IMG/VR virus record: IMGVR_UViG_3300049198_000021
Span: 1-64,000 of that record
Source: a virus
Taxonomy: Duplodnaviria; Caudoviricetes
Reading direction: 5' to 3' (one strand)
Length of the DNA stretch: 64,000 nt
Under the pieces are notes generated by a model. It did not search any database and was not told the DNA's origin. It saw only the letters and a list, made by a program, of their open reading frames with translations. Below, piece by piece: positions 38,815-52,336 of the stretch (position 1 is its first letter; each line of letters begins with the position of its first letter). Position numbers and translations under genes: made by a program.

Positions 38815-40675
38815 TCGCCATTGCTCCCTTCGAGGCTGAGGACGATCGGGTCAGTCGGACCGGCGAGGGCTTCCACACCGGCACGCTGGATCAGGTTCTG
38901 GATGTAGCCGTGGATTTCGACCTTGGCTCTCTCAGTCTCGGCTTCCATGTGTTCGCCGAACTGATCGACCACGAAAGGAGCAGACGAATTGATCTTGGCC
39001 TTGGCTGTTCGAGCCCGGCTAACCAGATCGTCGATCTTCTTCTTCGACAGCCCGCTTGCCAGCAAGGCTTCTTCGAGTTCATCCAGAGCGCCCAGAGCTT
39101 CGTCGAAGTCTTTCTGGAACTCTTTGCCGAACTGATCGGCCCGGCTCTTGGGATTCGGCAACATCGGCAAACGCCCCTTGCCTGCGATCCATTCAAGGGT
39201 GCAAGGCACGCCGCTGCCGTTGTTGAGCGACGATACGAAGGTTGCCCACTGTGCCTCAGAAAGCGCGATCTGAATCAACTGCTCCCGCTCGAAGTGCCAG
39301 TCACGCGACAGGTCGCGGTTCAATTCGCTGGCCTTGATCGTGATGTTGATGAAACCGTTGTGGGTGAAGTCCGAACCATATAGGTTCGTATGTCCATTCA
39401 CCCGGCTGGCGCTGATCTGCCCGAACGCGGGGTGTGTCGTGACGGTCCGCTCTTTGCCTCCAAAGCCGTCGGCCGGCTTGGTGATGGGTTCTTCGACGTT
39501 GCTCATGTTCAACCAACCATCTCCGGGAGTTTGTAGGTGTGGGCGATCAGCCAGCGGCGAAGCTCGACGAATGCCTGATCCTTCGACTGGTAGGTGAGAC
39601 CGACATTGATGATCTTGGTGTCCGCCTTGTTGGCCGGGATCGCCCGGACCTGCTTCGTCCACTTGTCGGTGGAGATGCTGCCAATAACGGTGTCGCTCGC
39701 GTCCTTGATGATCTGGAAGCGCTGCACACCATCCTTGGTCTCAGTTATGGTCACCGGGATTCCGAGGATGAGGCGCTTGAAGGTCATTTCCTTGATACCA
39801 GCCATTTGTCTTGTCTCCGATTCGTTGTTGATGACAAACGAATAGGAAGATTCGTCCGGCTGGTCAAGCGCTATTTTAAGACATCAGTGGGATGCCAACC
39901 TCGGCTCGGAAGCTTACGATCGGGCCAGACTACTTCGGGGCCAGACAACCACCGCCACTGGACATTACCTGTCTCTTGCACCTTACCATCTGCACGCAGA
40001 GGATGCGACGTATGGTTATGATAGTAGCCGCCGATGATGTAGGGCTCGCCCCAAGCGTCGTAGTGGACTTGGGTGGTCCAGAACTTCGCAGGAATCTGTA
40101 GTCCCCGGACTTGGACAAAAGTCTTTTCCGTTGCAAGCGACCGACGGGTTTCACCGCCGAATAGGAGTCTTTCGAAGAACTTCATCATGAGTCATCCCCT
40201 TCTTCGTGGCAGCAATCTTCACATTTCCACTCATCGTGGTCGGCACACATCTCGCTGATCTCGAACCACCACTCACAGCCTTCGCAGCAGAAGACCAGCG
40301 AATCGATCCCGTAGCAAAACTCGGAATCCAGTTCCGCATCCTCCATCTCGTGGCGCTCTAAGATGGCCGCCAATGACATACACGTCCCTTGGAGTTCGTA
40401 GGCGATGTCTTCGGAGGTCTTCGCCCAAGTCACTTACGAAGCTCCTTCTTGGTCTTCCGAAAACGGGCGGGGAGGTTGGGCAAAGCCTTGTAGAGATCGG
40501 TCTCCTTGCAGTGCTTGCAGGTCACCTGCTCACGATAAAGGGCGTTGGCGTGGTGGCTTGGCGCACCACACGCCACCTGAGTGGTGAACGGGATCAGGAC
40601 GTGGCACTTAGGGCGAAACTTCTTCACGGCCAACCACCTTCCATATACCAGTGACGCAGCGCTAGAGCGTCCCAT
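38811..40675 (-). other. hypothetical CDSs (38811-39506, 39509-39805, 39871-40188, 40185-40433, 40430-40675)
   Basis: ORF chain. Confidence 0.7.
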
Positions 40676-41115
40676 GCCGCGTTGTGCTGGACCGCTCCGG
40701 GCAATGTGGTCGGATACACATCGAGATGGCGCAGACAGACCAGATGGGTTTCGTTCCCCATCGGGACACCGGTGCCGGGTCCGGTGATGAACAAGTTCAT
40801 CAGGTCGGCGATGTCGCTCATCCAGTCAGCGTAGATCGTAGGCATGGCCCCATCGTCGTAGATGATGTCAGAGATCGCCGCGCCCCACTCGCTCGTCGGC
40901 ATGTGATACAAGATCGTCTGGGGTGGGACCGCATAGAGGATCGGCAAGACGTTCGCTTCCACCCACGGATCGAGCGTCTTCGACATGATCAGGTCGTTGA
41001 GCTTTTCGTCGTCGATGAAGTAGATGGTCTTCCCGTCTTGGCGCGTGATGGCGGCCGAGATGAGATCACCTCCGAAGCCGTTGAACTCAGTGTCGAAGAA
41101 AAAGCGCTTGTTCAT
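40624..41115 (-). CDS. DEDD 3'-5' exoribonuclease-like protein (DUF5051/RNase AS type)
   Basis: FFDTEF.G...LIS, WV..NVLP, ADW..D, HNA.WDA. Confidence 0.8.
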   Translation of the reverse strand: MNKRFFFDTEFNGFGGDLISAAITRQDGKTIYFIDDEKLNDLIMSKTLDPWVEANVLPILYAVPPQTILYHMPTSEWGAAISDIIYDDGAMPTIYADWMSDIADLMNLFITGPGTGVPMGNETHLVCLRHLDVYPTTLPGAVQHNAAWDALALRHWYMEGGWP

Positions 41116-41116
41116 T

Positions 41117-44100
41117 TCATTCCTCCAGATCGATCAGGCTCATCCAGACGGTAAGGTCGGCTGCTCGGTCGTCAAAAAATAGTCGATAGCTCGAAATCGG
41201 ACTATCCTCATCAACGCGCTCAACGCGCATTGTCGGGCTAGTAAACCGCCGGGCAATGAAGGCATGAGCCTTCTCGATGTTGAGGCAAACAGCTTCCGTA
41301 TTCTCCGGACCGACGTTCTCCCCATCATCGAAGATGGTCGAGACCAACACCACTTGCTTGCGTCCATCCTGCATCAGCACATGGTCTGGGAAGTCCATGA
41401 ACGTGAAGCCGCAGGGATCGGAGTAGAGGGTGATCGGATCATCTTCCACGGCGGCGCGGGCGGCCCCGAAAATGGCAGCACGCTGGAGCCCGGCGATGAA
41501 GCCTTCCCGTTCTTCGGGCATCATGACACAGATCGTCCCATGCTCGCGTTCCCAATCGGCGATCGCTTGGAGAAGCGGGCGGCCGTATCGATCGAGGTTC
41601 GTCATGCTACCTTCTTTCTGCGATCATGATGCATGTCAACGTAAGCGGTGACCAGAATCCATTCGTCTGGATCGGTGATACCGGTCGGGTAGCTGACGCT
41701 GAACCGATAGTCATACTTGCCGGTCAGGGCACCGTGCTTGAGGCGATCGACGATCTGCTGCTTTCGGGATTCCCGACATTCGACGACGACGGCGAGGTAG
41801 GTGCCGTTGCGCCACTGGATCGTGATGTCCACCATGAATGGTTCCAACAGGATGGAGACCGCGTGATGTAGCTTGGAAAGCTCCCCGTGGATGTCCAAAA
41901 GGGGAACCTTCTGGGCGCTGGTGTATCGGTCGGTCATACCATCAGGTCCCCAACGCCCGGCCACGGTTAGCCATCATGTAGACCAGAGCGTCGGCGTTCT
42001 TTTCGGTTTCGCGGATGGTCTTCATCGTGTTCTGGGCGATCAGGATCAGTTCCTCGCGGATCGCAAGCAAGTCCTCAGTGGTTGGCTCACCTGCGATGAA
42101 CATGAATCGATCGACCTTCCGGAAGCTCGGCTCACCCCAGCTACCATCCGGCTGGAGAGCAGCGACTTGCAGACGATGTTCGGTGGCCTTGACCACTTTC
42201 ACCACGGTGTAGTGATAGTTCATGGCTCTGTGATCGATGATCCCGAGATCGCCAGCGGTTGGGTTGATCTTAGGCATCAGGCAGCCGCCTCCCAATCAGC
42301 CGCGTGCCGGCGAAGGATCGCGGCAATCTCGGTGTTGTCGAGGACGTGTGCCACAGCGTCGGCCGCCGCGTCCACGGCGTCTTCGAAATGCTGGGCGAAG
42401 AGTTCCTTGTCGGTCGCCATCAGAGTCCCCGTCCCTTGATCTCAGCCGCAGCCAGCTTCTTGGCTCGCCGGGTAAGCTGGTATTCGATCTCGCGTTCGAG
42501 GATCGCGGCGAACTTCTCGTCAATGATGCGTCGAGTTTGGTTGGCGATTTCGTCGCCACAGATGAGTTCGTCGATCTGTTGCTCGATCGCCATATAGCCG
42601 ACACCCTTGGGCTGCTGCCAGTAGGAGCCGTTGTGGAAATGCTTTTCGATCGCGGCGCGGGCGGCGGACTCGGCCTTTTCTCGGGCAGTCTTGAGAGCAA
42701 GTGCCCGGATCGCGTCCATATCGATATTGATGTCGAGGTTCATGTCTGTTCCTCAGGCCACGTAATCGGCGATTTCGCGCCAAATACCGTTGCGACGAAC
42801 TGCGATCAGGAAGCAGCAACCTGCTTCTCGCATGGCACGAGCCATCTCGAAGGCCAGCTTGCGGCTGAACCCTGTGTAGCTGTAGGGTGCGTCAGAAATG
42901 ACTCGATACATTTGGTTGTCTCCGATTCGTTGTTGATGCGAATCGGATAGGACAAATCTTCCTAGTCGTCAACCGGTTTCGTTGAGAACGACGCCTTGCA
43001 GGGTGAGTGTGATGATCTGGTCAGTGAGATCAGACAGGTAGTCTCCCCGTCCTTGCACCGAAACATCTTTGACGATGTAGCACTGCCCCTCGAAGGAAAC
43101 AGTCTCACGGTTATAGAACAAGTCCTGCACTTGGCTGTCCATGTCTATGACATCCACAACAGCTATCCGTTCATGCATCATCCGCTGTTTGCGAATTGAT
43201 ACATCAGAGGAGACAATACCAAGACGCTCGATCTTGAACATCCCCTCGTGTGCTGCCGAAGCTCCTTCGGTTCGTCGATCGTTAGCTGCCTCGACTTCAA
43301 GATATGCGCCGTAAAGCTCGTCTCGGGTCATGGTTAGTTTTTGACGCAACTTGCGTCGGAAAAGAATCACATCGAAGAACCGACGCCAGCGTGTGTCTCC
43401 CAAATCAGGGGGAGCTACCGGGCGAGGCGTAACGACGATTGGTTGGTGTCTCAGCATCATTCTTCCCACGTCCGCTTCTTATCCGCTTCTTCCTGCTCAT
43501 CAGCCCACGCCACAGCGTTGCTGATCAGAAGCTCCAGCGTCTCACCGAAGATCAGTTTGTGGTAGGTGTGTCCCCACGAGAAAGAGGCGGAGTTGTCCGA
43601 GGTGTAGGTCAGGACCGGAGTCGAGAACACACCGAGGAAGCCTGAGACTCCCATGCGGTGAGCCGACGCCGACAGCATGTCCATGGCTTCGGAAAAGTCG
43701 CTACCGTCGTGACCGCAGAAGAGCATGTCCAGTTCTTCCTCGCCCCAGTTCTTGAGCAATTCAGCCAACGGCCCCGGTAAGTCTTCGGGCTTGTCCGCCA
43801 TCATGTCGATCGTGTCGGCCAAGTCCTCACCGCCATTCCACGCCGGGAACAACCACATCTTGTCCAGACGCAGGTTGTTCTCGAACAATTCGTCAGTCGC
43901 CTTCATCGGTGTCATTAGTTGTTCTCCCGGAGTTCCCAAAGTTGCCGCGTCCCAGCCTCGCAAAGTCCTTCGCGATCCATCGCTCCGTGTGATGCACCGT
44001 AGGGGCTGATCTTTCGAAAAGCCTCCGGGTGGCCGCAGTAGAGATCGCTGTCAGGTTCCCAACCGCAGTGCCGGCACTTCGTGCAGTGCTTCTGCTCAAT

Positions 44101-47100
44101 GGCTTCCCGGTTCCAGCGCTCGGTTGGTGTCTCGCTCATGTGCGCTTCACCGGTGCCAATCCGGCGCTCACCATCCCCGCCAGCCAGATGGCGACTTCGG
44201 AATCATGGAGGGCAGACTCCAGCGCGATCCGATCAAACTCGTGGCCGTTCGGTCCCGCCAGTTCGTCGGCGTGGACAGCGATCGATGCCAGCTTACAGAG
44301 AAGTGCCGGTGGTGGGTTGAGAATGTCCATATCAGCGGTCATATTGGCTCTCGACAGGGTTTCCGAAGCGATCCTCGCTTTGCGGTCGGCTGCTGCTGTT
44401 GCTGTCATACATCGGCGGCCCTAGGTCGATCTGGTGGGATGCCATCGAGTTTAGGCCCCCTGCAATCGTGAAGTGATCAGCCGCTTCCCGGAGCCATTTG
44501 GAATCCCGGTCGCACGGTTTGCTGTTTTGATGCATCTGAGCAAGGGAAGCTCCCCGCTGCTGGTGATACCGAGCAAGTGCCCGGAGTTCGCTAGGATTGC
44601 TCATCGGATAGTCTCCCAAAGCCAATCTCCGTAGAGCTTGCGATCCAACAGGACGGCAAAGATCAAGCCGAAAAAGAAGCAGAGGATAGTGGCAAGGGTC
44701 AGGCTCATGTCCGTTTCTCCCACAACCAATCTCCATATACCTTACGATCCATCAGCAAGCCGAACGAAACAGCCCCTGCGAGAGACAAGATAATAATGAA
44801 CAATCCGTTCATGAGAAGAACCCCTTGAGGCCGGAGCCCGACTTGCGAGGCTCCTTCTTGCAGCTATAGGGGTCTGCCAGTCGTGCTGTCATCGTGAAGC
44901 CACGAGCCGTCTTGGCGAAACGCAGGGTTGCCCGCGTGATGTGCCAGCCGGCTGGGTTGGTGGACTTCTTGTCGGGTTGGATGTGATGGATGCAGAACAG
45001 GCCGAAGTTCCACCGACGTTCCATTGACCAGTCCGGATTCAACTGGTTGTAGTGATAGACGCACCACCCCCGGCCCGGACGGTCAGCGAACAAGCGGACG
45101 TGGCCGGCGACTTGGCGCTGATTGTCTGACTTGTAGAACAGGTGAGGGATGCGGGTGATCTTGAATTGAGAACCACGGCTCAGAGGATCAGGCGTCATAC
45201 GTTGGATGCCGAAATGCTCGCGGATCATGGCGAAGCCATCGAAGCCTTCCTTGAAGTCACGAACTGGTTCCTTGAGACCGCCGTCGTCGGGATATTTGTG
45301 CTTCATGGTAAACTCCGAGATAAGGGCTGGGGTGATCAGGGGCGTGGAAGACCACGCCCCTGACAATCGGTTACTGGCGCTGTGCCACCACGCTGGTTTC
45401 CTTGGCGTCGGTGACCTTCGCCGGGTCCACGTCGCCGGGGCACGGGATGGAAACCGCCGAGGCCGGCAGCTTGTTCGGGGTTGTCACCACGTCGGGCTCG
45501 ATCAGCGCCGTGCGGGCCTTACCAGTCAGCGGGTCCACGATGTTGACGATCGTCGCCGCACCGCTCTCGGGCATGAAGAGGCCGTTGGGTTCCGGCTGTG
45601 CCTGCTCGAAGATGCCAACTTCATCAGCGTAGCCTTCGCTGTGCATACGGATGCGCTGCGGATAGGTCGGGGACGTGAACTGGGTGCCGAGGCTGACGCC
45701 GTAGCCGACGGCCTGACCGAGGCACACGAAGCGACCGTCGATCGCCTGAGTGTAGACGTAGACGAGGGTCGTCTGGTCCATATCCTCGTAGGCATTCTTG
45801 AGGAGCTTACGCTGAGCGTAGTTGGCGATGCGGGGCATCCCGATCTCGCGATCGGCCGTGTCCATGGCGGTGCGGGTTGCGTCTGCCTGACGGGTTGCCG
45901 CCGGGTTGGTATCGGTGCGGCCGCAGGCGGAGAGCGAAAGGGCGAGAGCCCCAATCATGATAAGCTTCTTCATGGTGTCAGTTTCCGATCTGCGCGGTGC
46001 AGCGCTGGTTGGGAGGCGTGAGATCGCCTTCGTAGGTGTCGAGGGTGGTTGCGATCAGGTCTTCCAGCGCCTTGCGGGCCGGGCCTTCGGTGGTGGCGAG
46101 ATCACGGCAATAGCGGGCGATGTCGCGATTGATGCCTTGTTGGTATTGCCGGCTGTTGTCGGCCACCTGTGCGGCGGTCTCGGCGTCGAACTTCTGTGCT
46201 TCGCGGTTGACCACCTTGCCGGCTGCGAGGAGCGGGAGCAAGAACGCCCAAGCGAGTGCGATCGTGAGCGCCGCGAGAGCCAGTCCCCCGATCAGTTTTC
46301 CATATTCTTTCATGTGTTGTCGTCTCCTTGTTGCTTTGCCCTCAATGGGTGCCGAATCGATTAGGACGATTCTTCCGGCTCGTCAAGCGAGAATGACAGT
46401 GAAGAGTAGTAAGACCGTCCGTCTCGGACTTGCTTGGTGATCTCACCCTCCTGCACCATCTCCAACAATGGGCTCGCCAGTCCTTCACCGCCTCTCAGCG
46501 CAATGTCGGGATAGGTAGCCTCGCCTCCCATGTGCTTTAGGATGGTCCGGATAGCCCGGCGATCGCGCTGGTTCTGGTTCATTGCTCCTCCGGTAAGCCA
46601 GCCATGAACAGGAGATTCCCGATGATGTGTTTGCGAAGCAACTCGACCGGACCAAGCTGGGACTTGGTAAGTCCCCACGGCTGGATCGTCTTGATCATCT
46701 CAATGGCGGCCAAGATAGTCGCTTCGTCGATCGAAGCGTTCGCCAAATACTCCTCAGCCTGTTTGTTCAGATCATCGGTTCCACAGTTGCAGAAGGGTTT
46801 CGGAAGTTCCTCGTCTTCGTCTTCTTCGTCGATCCAGTATTCTCGTTCGAGATTATCTTGGCCGAACTCCGGGTCGAGGTAGCACCCTTCGTCGTGCGCG
46901 ATCGGATAAGCCGCTGCGATGAGATGCCGGGCGATCATCAGAGTGCCGCAATCATCTTTTGGACGAACACTTCGTATTCGCCTCGGCCGTAATCTAGCAC
47001 TTCAATGAAGTCCTCGTCAGAATCATCCTCGTCGATCTTACCGGGAATGCAGTGGTGTTGGATCAGGACGCCGGCGAGGACGCTGAACCACCCTGAGTTT

Positions 47101-50100
47101 CCGAACGGGTATTTTCCAGAGAAGCTTTCGTTCCGTTCCCACAGCGTGGAAAGCTGGAGCTTGAAGTAATCCCGGATCGTCATCATCGATCCGGAATCGC
47201 CGTCGTAGAACTTAAGATCGAGTGCGTCAGCAGGTTGCAGTGCCATCATTAAAATCCCCTTAAATCAACCAAGAGAAGACCTCTTGCGACCAATAGAGCG
47301 GCCAGAACACGCCACACGGAAGAGCTAACAAGACCGTAAGGTCTGCTCCGTTTGCTGCAATGATTTCTTCGGCATTCGCTGTGTAGCCGAATGTCAGTAA
47401 TGCTATGACGCAATACCACTTGACCTTCGCGGCGAAGGACATGGCGGCGGTGCTGTAATTGGCATCGTAACGAAACCAATTCACCACGTCACGAATCAGC
47501 ATCGTCCATGCCCTCCCAAGTCCAATAAAGCGGCCAGAATACTCCGGCCATTGCTGATTCCACCGATGTGCCGATACGGTTTACTTCTTTAGGGAGCCCA
47601 TGCTTCTCTTCATAGTAGCTCGGATAATCCATGACCGGATAATTCGAAGCGCAATGCCCGAACGTGTAGACCCCAACAAGAGGGTAAAGCCACCACAGAT
47701 ACACCCGCTTCTCCCAGAGATCGCGGCGGCTGTAGAAGCGCTGGTGCGATCGTTCGTCGCCAACGGTTGGCGTGCCAACCAACCAGTTCCAGATTTCCCG
47801 GATGATCATACGGTCTCCTCAGACACGATACCACAATCTTCGACTTCGACATCGTTTCGGATGAGCTTGATCCCCATCTCGTTGGCTGGGCCGTAGCCTT
47901 CGATGAACTCGTTGGGGTTGAACTCCAGATCGATCACCCCGCGAGCTTGGAGTTGAGCGATATGCTCGACGTGTTCCACCAGATCGTGGAACGGGAAGAA
48001 GCTCGCACGGAACTCTTCCATGAACTGCTCATCGAATTTCGTCTCATCCACCGAAATGCGGATGGTCTGGACGACGTGGGTATCATAAATCATCAGTAAC
48101 CATCCTTTTCTCGTTCGTAACCAGCAGGTTCGATGTAAACATCTTCCTTGGCGATTTCCTCACCATGGAAAGTCAGTTTGACTTCCAAACGGTTCTCAGG
48201 GGAAGACCAACTCCACCCGTGGAATGTAAGGTCCAGCTTGAGCCCTTCCATGAGTTCTCTCACGGTCAGGGGTGTGTCAAGGTCGCTCTCAGTCATGTAA
48301 GTAGCGCTCCCCTTTCAGAACTTCGGCGACGTGTTCGGTGAACGCCTTGGCGTGGCGATACATCGAAAAGAAGATCGATGGAACCCGGTCTGCATTCTCC
48401 ACCGGTGGGTATCCCCAACCGGGACAGTTTTCGTCGAGCCAACCGATCCAGTAAGGACGGAGACGATACATCGTCTTGTGAATCTTGAAGTCGCCCAGCG
48501 TCCCGTCAGGGACCTTGATAGGATCGAACAGCAACTGCTCAGCGGTCGATCGGATGCCGGCGTGGAGCGATGAGTAGTGGTCGTAATATAGCTCGGAAAC
48601 CCCCACGATGCAGGAGAAATACCGCATATCGCCGTCTTCATCCCGGTAGAAAAAGGTATTCCCTCGGCCGATCGTCATGCCGTGTGGTTTCTTGATATAC
48701 TGGCTCATGAAATCATGCCCACCACATCCACGATCGCGTCCATTTGCTCGATCTCATCGGCATTAAAACCGCCCGCTGATTTGCTATCAGTTGCATCTTT
48801 CCCATCGGTGAGCCAAGCGCACGTCTGGTCCAGAGTGTCGATAGCCATACGAAAGGCGTGCGGGGATTTTTCACACAGCATGATGTAGAACGCCTTTCGA
48901 TCGATTTTCTTGAGCTTGGCGGCTCTATTTATGATCTTCCAGACCAACCAAGCGTTGAATCCTCGCGGCTGTATCAACCCTTTGTCCATTACGAACGCTG
49001 AGAAGAATATCTTCTGACGATCCGAGAGAGATGTTATCTTCAACTTCAAAAGTTCAAGAGAAAAGGGATCGGTATAGTCGGTTGCGGGATTCATTCGCTT
49101 TTTCCAAACTCTTCTTCGAGCCAACGCTCCAGCCGGAGTTCCGCCAGATAGTCAGCAGTCTTCGCATTGAAGCGATCGAGATAGGACTCTGGTGGGAAAT
49201 TACTCACCAGTAAGAGCCTTATTGATCGCCCGGCGGGCGGCTTCCCACTCGGGCGGGTCCTTCCACTCCGGCTTACCGCCTTCGTCATCGGCCCACATGG
49301 CACCACATTGGTCGCAGATTTCCCAGAGAACACCGCCCCGGTGCGTATCTTCGTGCTGACAGGTGTTGCCTTCATCTCGCCGGAGAAGGCCCACCAATGC
49401 GTCGAGGAGTTCACGGGATGCCGCCATGAGGCGAGCATCGCCTTCCGCATTGGGTCCGGGGATGATCCCCTCACAACCGACCACACATTCTTTTTCGGAC
49501 ACAATGTCCCAGCCGGCGAGATATTCTTCACCCTCGTCGAAGGCTTCCATCCAATACCGGTTCTCCACCGGTCGCATGTCTGGCGTAGCCCGCCACGGCC
49601 CGTCAGTGATGGGTAGACGCTCAGCAGCCATGACTATCTCCTTCATCCGGTGAGAGTCCGCAAAAGGCACAGATACCGGCGAATACCAACCACGCCACCA
49701 CGATAGGGCCCAAGATCAGGAGACACGGGCCCCACATGATCGTGAACATGATCAGAGTCCCGACAGGGCTCTCGCCCGGTCCCCAGAGCTTGAGGATGAT
49801 CAGACCCATGACAAGACCCAGACCCAGATACACCGGGAAGAAGAGCGGATGGCTCATCATCGGATCGAGATATTCATGCAGCATCGTTTTGTCCGTTCTG
49901 GAAGAGCAAGGTGTCGCCGTCAATTCGGTTTCCGTCACGGTCCTTGACGCTGTAAGCGCCGGCGCGGGTGTCGAGGAACAAGGTGACATACTTGCACCGG
50001 GTGTTGCGCGTCCACGTCCAGCGGCCGGTGTTCACGTCAGCGACCCACTTCGCGATGACATCCATCGGGACCAGATAGCGATCCGGAAGGCCATCACCGT

Positions 50101-50355
50101 AACCGGTATCGCATTCGAAGCTGGGTCCGCGATCGGGCATCAGATATTCCCCATCAATTCGCCGATCACGCCGCAGGTGGCGACTACGATCGTGCCGATG
50201 ACCACAACAAGCGTCCAGAACTTGGCCCAGCGCTTCTGCTCCCAGAGATATTGTGCATCATCAGCGATCTCCTTCAACGAGATCGTCATGATCCCGATCA
50301 AAGAGAGGACAGTGAAGATTTTGACACCGGCGAGCCATGTCTCAGGGTTGCTCAT
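41117..50355 (-). other. block of ~25 small hypothetical CDSs, including lipoprotein 45371-45973, membrane protein 45978-46313 and paralogs 47260-47502/47489-47809
   Basis: ORF chain; lipobox LSAC in 45371-45973. Confidence 0.7.
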
Positions 50356-51044
50356 TCGGATTCCCCTGCGACAGATGCGATACGATCAAGGCCGATCGCG
50401 ATCTCGCAGACCAAGAGGTCGGGGCCGAAGTCTTCCCGGATCGAGCAGGACGCCATTTCGGTCCACTTATCCCCACGCAGTGCTTCGATGTCGAGCGTGC
50501 TTTGGCTGTAGGACGGCAGCCGATCGCTTGCGATCACCCGCGTCTCCGTCTTGCAGAAGCGCTCGATCTCCCGCTGAACATCAGGGATCAGGGCGGCCCG
50601 ATAATCAGCCTTGGAATCGGCCCGGTAGATGGCCTGAAACTCAAGCTGCCAGAACGAATTGAACCGCAGCTTGGCGGCGCTGGCACCGTCATTGGTTTCG
50701 CGGCGTGCGCTGATACCAGCCTGCCAGACGCACAGGGGCATCTTACCGCCCAGATGACGGGCATAGGCATAGCTGCTCGGCGTCGTCTCGGCGCGCAAGC
50801 ACAGGGGTTCACCACCACGGATGTCGTTCGTGATGAAGATGTCATTGTCATCGTAGGCCGCGCTGATCTGCGAGCGAGGGTGAAGGATCGGGCCTTCGCA
50901 GCGAGCGAAGCGCCATGCCGGATTGACAGCCAGCAAGCGGCGCTTGATGACGTTAGTCACCCGCGCTTGGAATGCCTCACGTAATTCGATCTCGTCCTCA
51001 GACCAGAAGCGCAGGCCGCCGAGTTTGAACAGGGCTTCGCTCAT
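50352..51044 (-). CDS. truncated class II aminoacyl-tRNA synthetase catalytic core (GlyRS/ProRS-like), no anticodon domain
   Basis: LRAETT, Q.G.S.RRE (motif 2) LRFNSF.QLEFQ, E.AS.S.R.DF, EIAIGLDR (motif 3). Confidence 0.8.
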   Translation of the reverse strand: MSEALFKLGGLRFWSEDEIELREAFQARVTNVIKRRLLAVNPAWRFARCEGPILHPRSQISAAYDDNDIFITNDIRGGEPLCLRAETTPSSYAYARHLGGKMPLCVWQAGISARRETNDGASAAKLRFNSFWQLEFQAIYRADSKADYRAALIPDVQREIERFCKTETRVIASDRLPSYSQSTLDIEALRGDKWTEMASCSIREDFGPDLLVCEIAIGLDRIASVAGESE

Positions 51045-51045
51045 C

Positions 51046-52320
51046 TCAGAGGTCCCAGATCGCGGCGACGATAGTGGTGACGAATGCGATAATCCCGATC
51101 AGAATGCAGCCGCCGCCGATGATAGCATACCAGTCATTTTTGTCGCTGTAGCGGCCGTAATTCGCCTCATCCAGCTTTGCCATGCAGTAGCCGATTGCGC
51201 CGAAGATGACGGCAATGGTCGCGGCGATCTTGAGAATCATATTAGCTGTCTCCTGTTGTTGTCAGAATGGCGTAGGATGATTCTTCCGGATCGTCAACAG
51301 CTATTCTTTGAGGTATTCCGCCATCAGCGCCATGGCAGCATTCCATGTCTTCGACGCGCCTTGGGCTACCCCGTTGATGTAGAAGACGTAGGCACCACCC
51401 GGCTGGCGTGTGATGATGATTTCTTTGTCCCCCACCTTCATCTCCAGAAGCAGCCCTCGGCGTCCTGTGATGTGGATCGCATCGGGGATGGGGATGCTTG
51501 GGTCTCCGTAACGTGGCATGTAGGCTCCTATCAGTGTGGGTCGAAGACCTTGACGCCGTTTAGCTGGAAGAACTCATCCACCTCATGGGTTTCGCATTTG
51601 ATGATCTGCGATCGGAGCCATCGTGTCCAATCATAATCAGAATAAGCGATCTTATCCAAGGTGTATTCGGCTCGTAGTGTGATCATCCGATCAGATGTTG
51701 GATTATCCGCATCTATCGCATCCATTTTGATCGTCAGATAAATATACTGACTATCTTCATCAAATATGAACTGCCAGCCCGGCTTGTAGGTGAAGTTGTC
51801 CAGAAGGTCTTTCAGTGAATGCTTCTCGTCTGGCTCTCTGTGCGCTAAATTGGCTAGGCTGTAATGCTCAAAGCCTTCATAGTATGTCATCGCCATGACA
51901 GGTTCACTCTTCCGTGTCCGGTCCTTCGAACAGGACATTCATGAAGGGCGAACGCCCGATCGTCAGCATGTCGCGGGCGTGGTCGAGAGCCTGTTCGCGC
52001 GTTAGGCCGGCTGTCACCAGTTCGTCGTCGCTGGCGTCAATATAGAAGTGAGCCGCCCGCAAAGCGTGCATGGCTTCCGTAAAGCCAGACGAGAACAACG
52101 CGATCTCACCAGCCCGCTCGCGTGCTTTGGTGCGCCATTCATCCCGTTCATCGATCAGCCGCTGCCGGTCACTCAGAAGCTCTTCGATCAGCTTCGCGGC
52201 ATCCAAACCGTCCGGGTTGATCAGGTATTTTTCGTTGCCTTTGAATCCTTTACGCGAGACGTAGCGGTGGCTCGTCGTCGTCAGGCGGGTCAGTAGGGCG
52301 TCGATTTGGCGGGGGTGCAT
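51046..52320 (-). other. hypothetical CDSs (51046-51240, 51301-51519, 51531-51896, 51904-52320)
   Basis: ORF chain. Confidence 0.65.
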
Positions 52321-52336
52321 GTAGGTGTTCCTTCTG

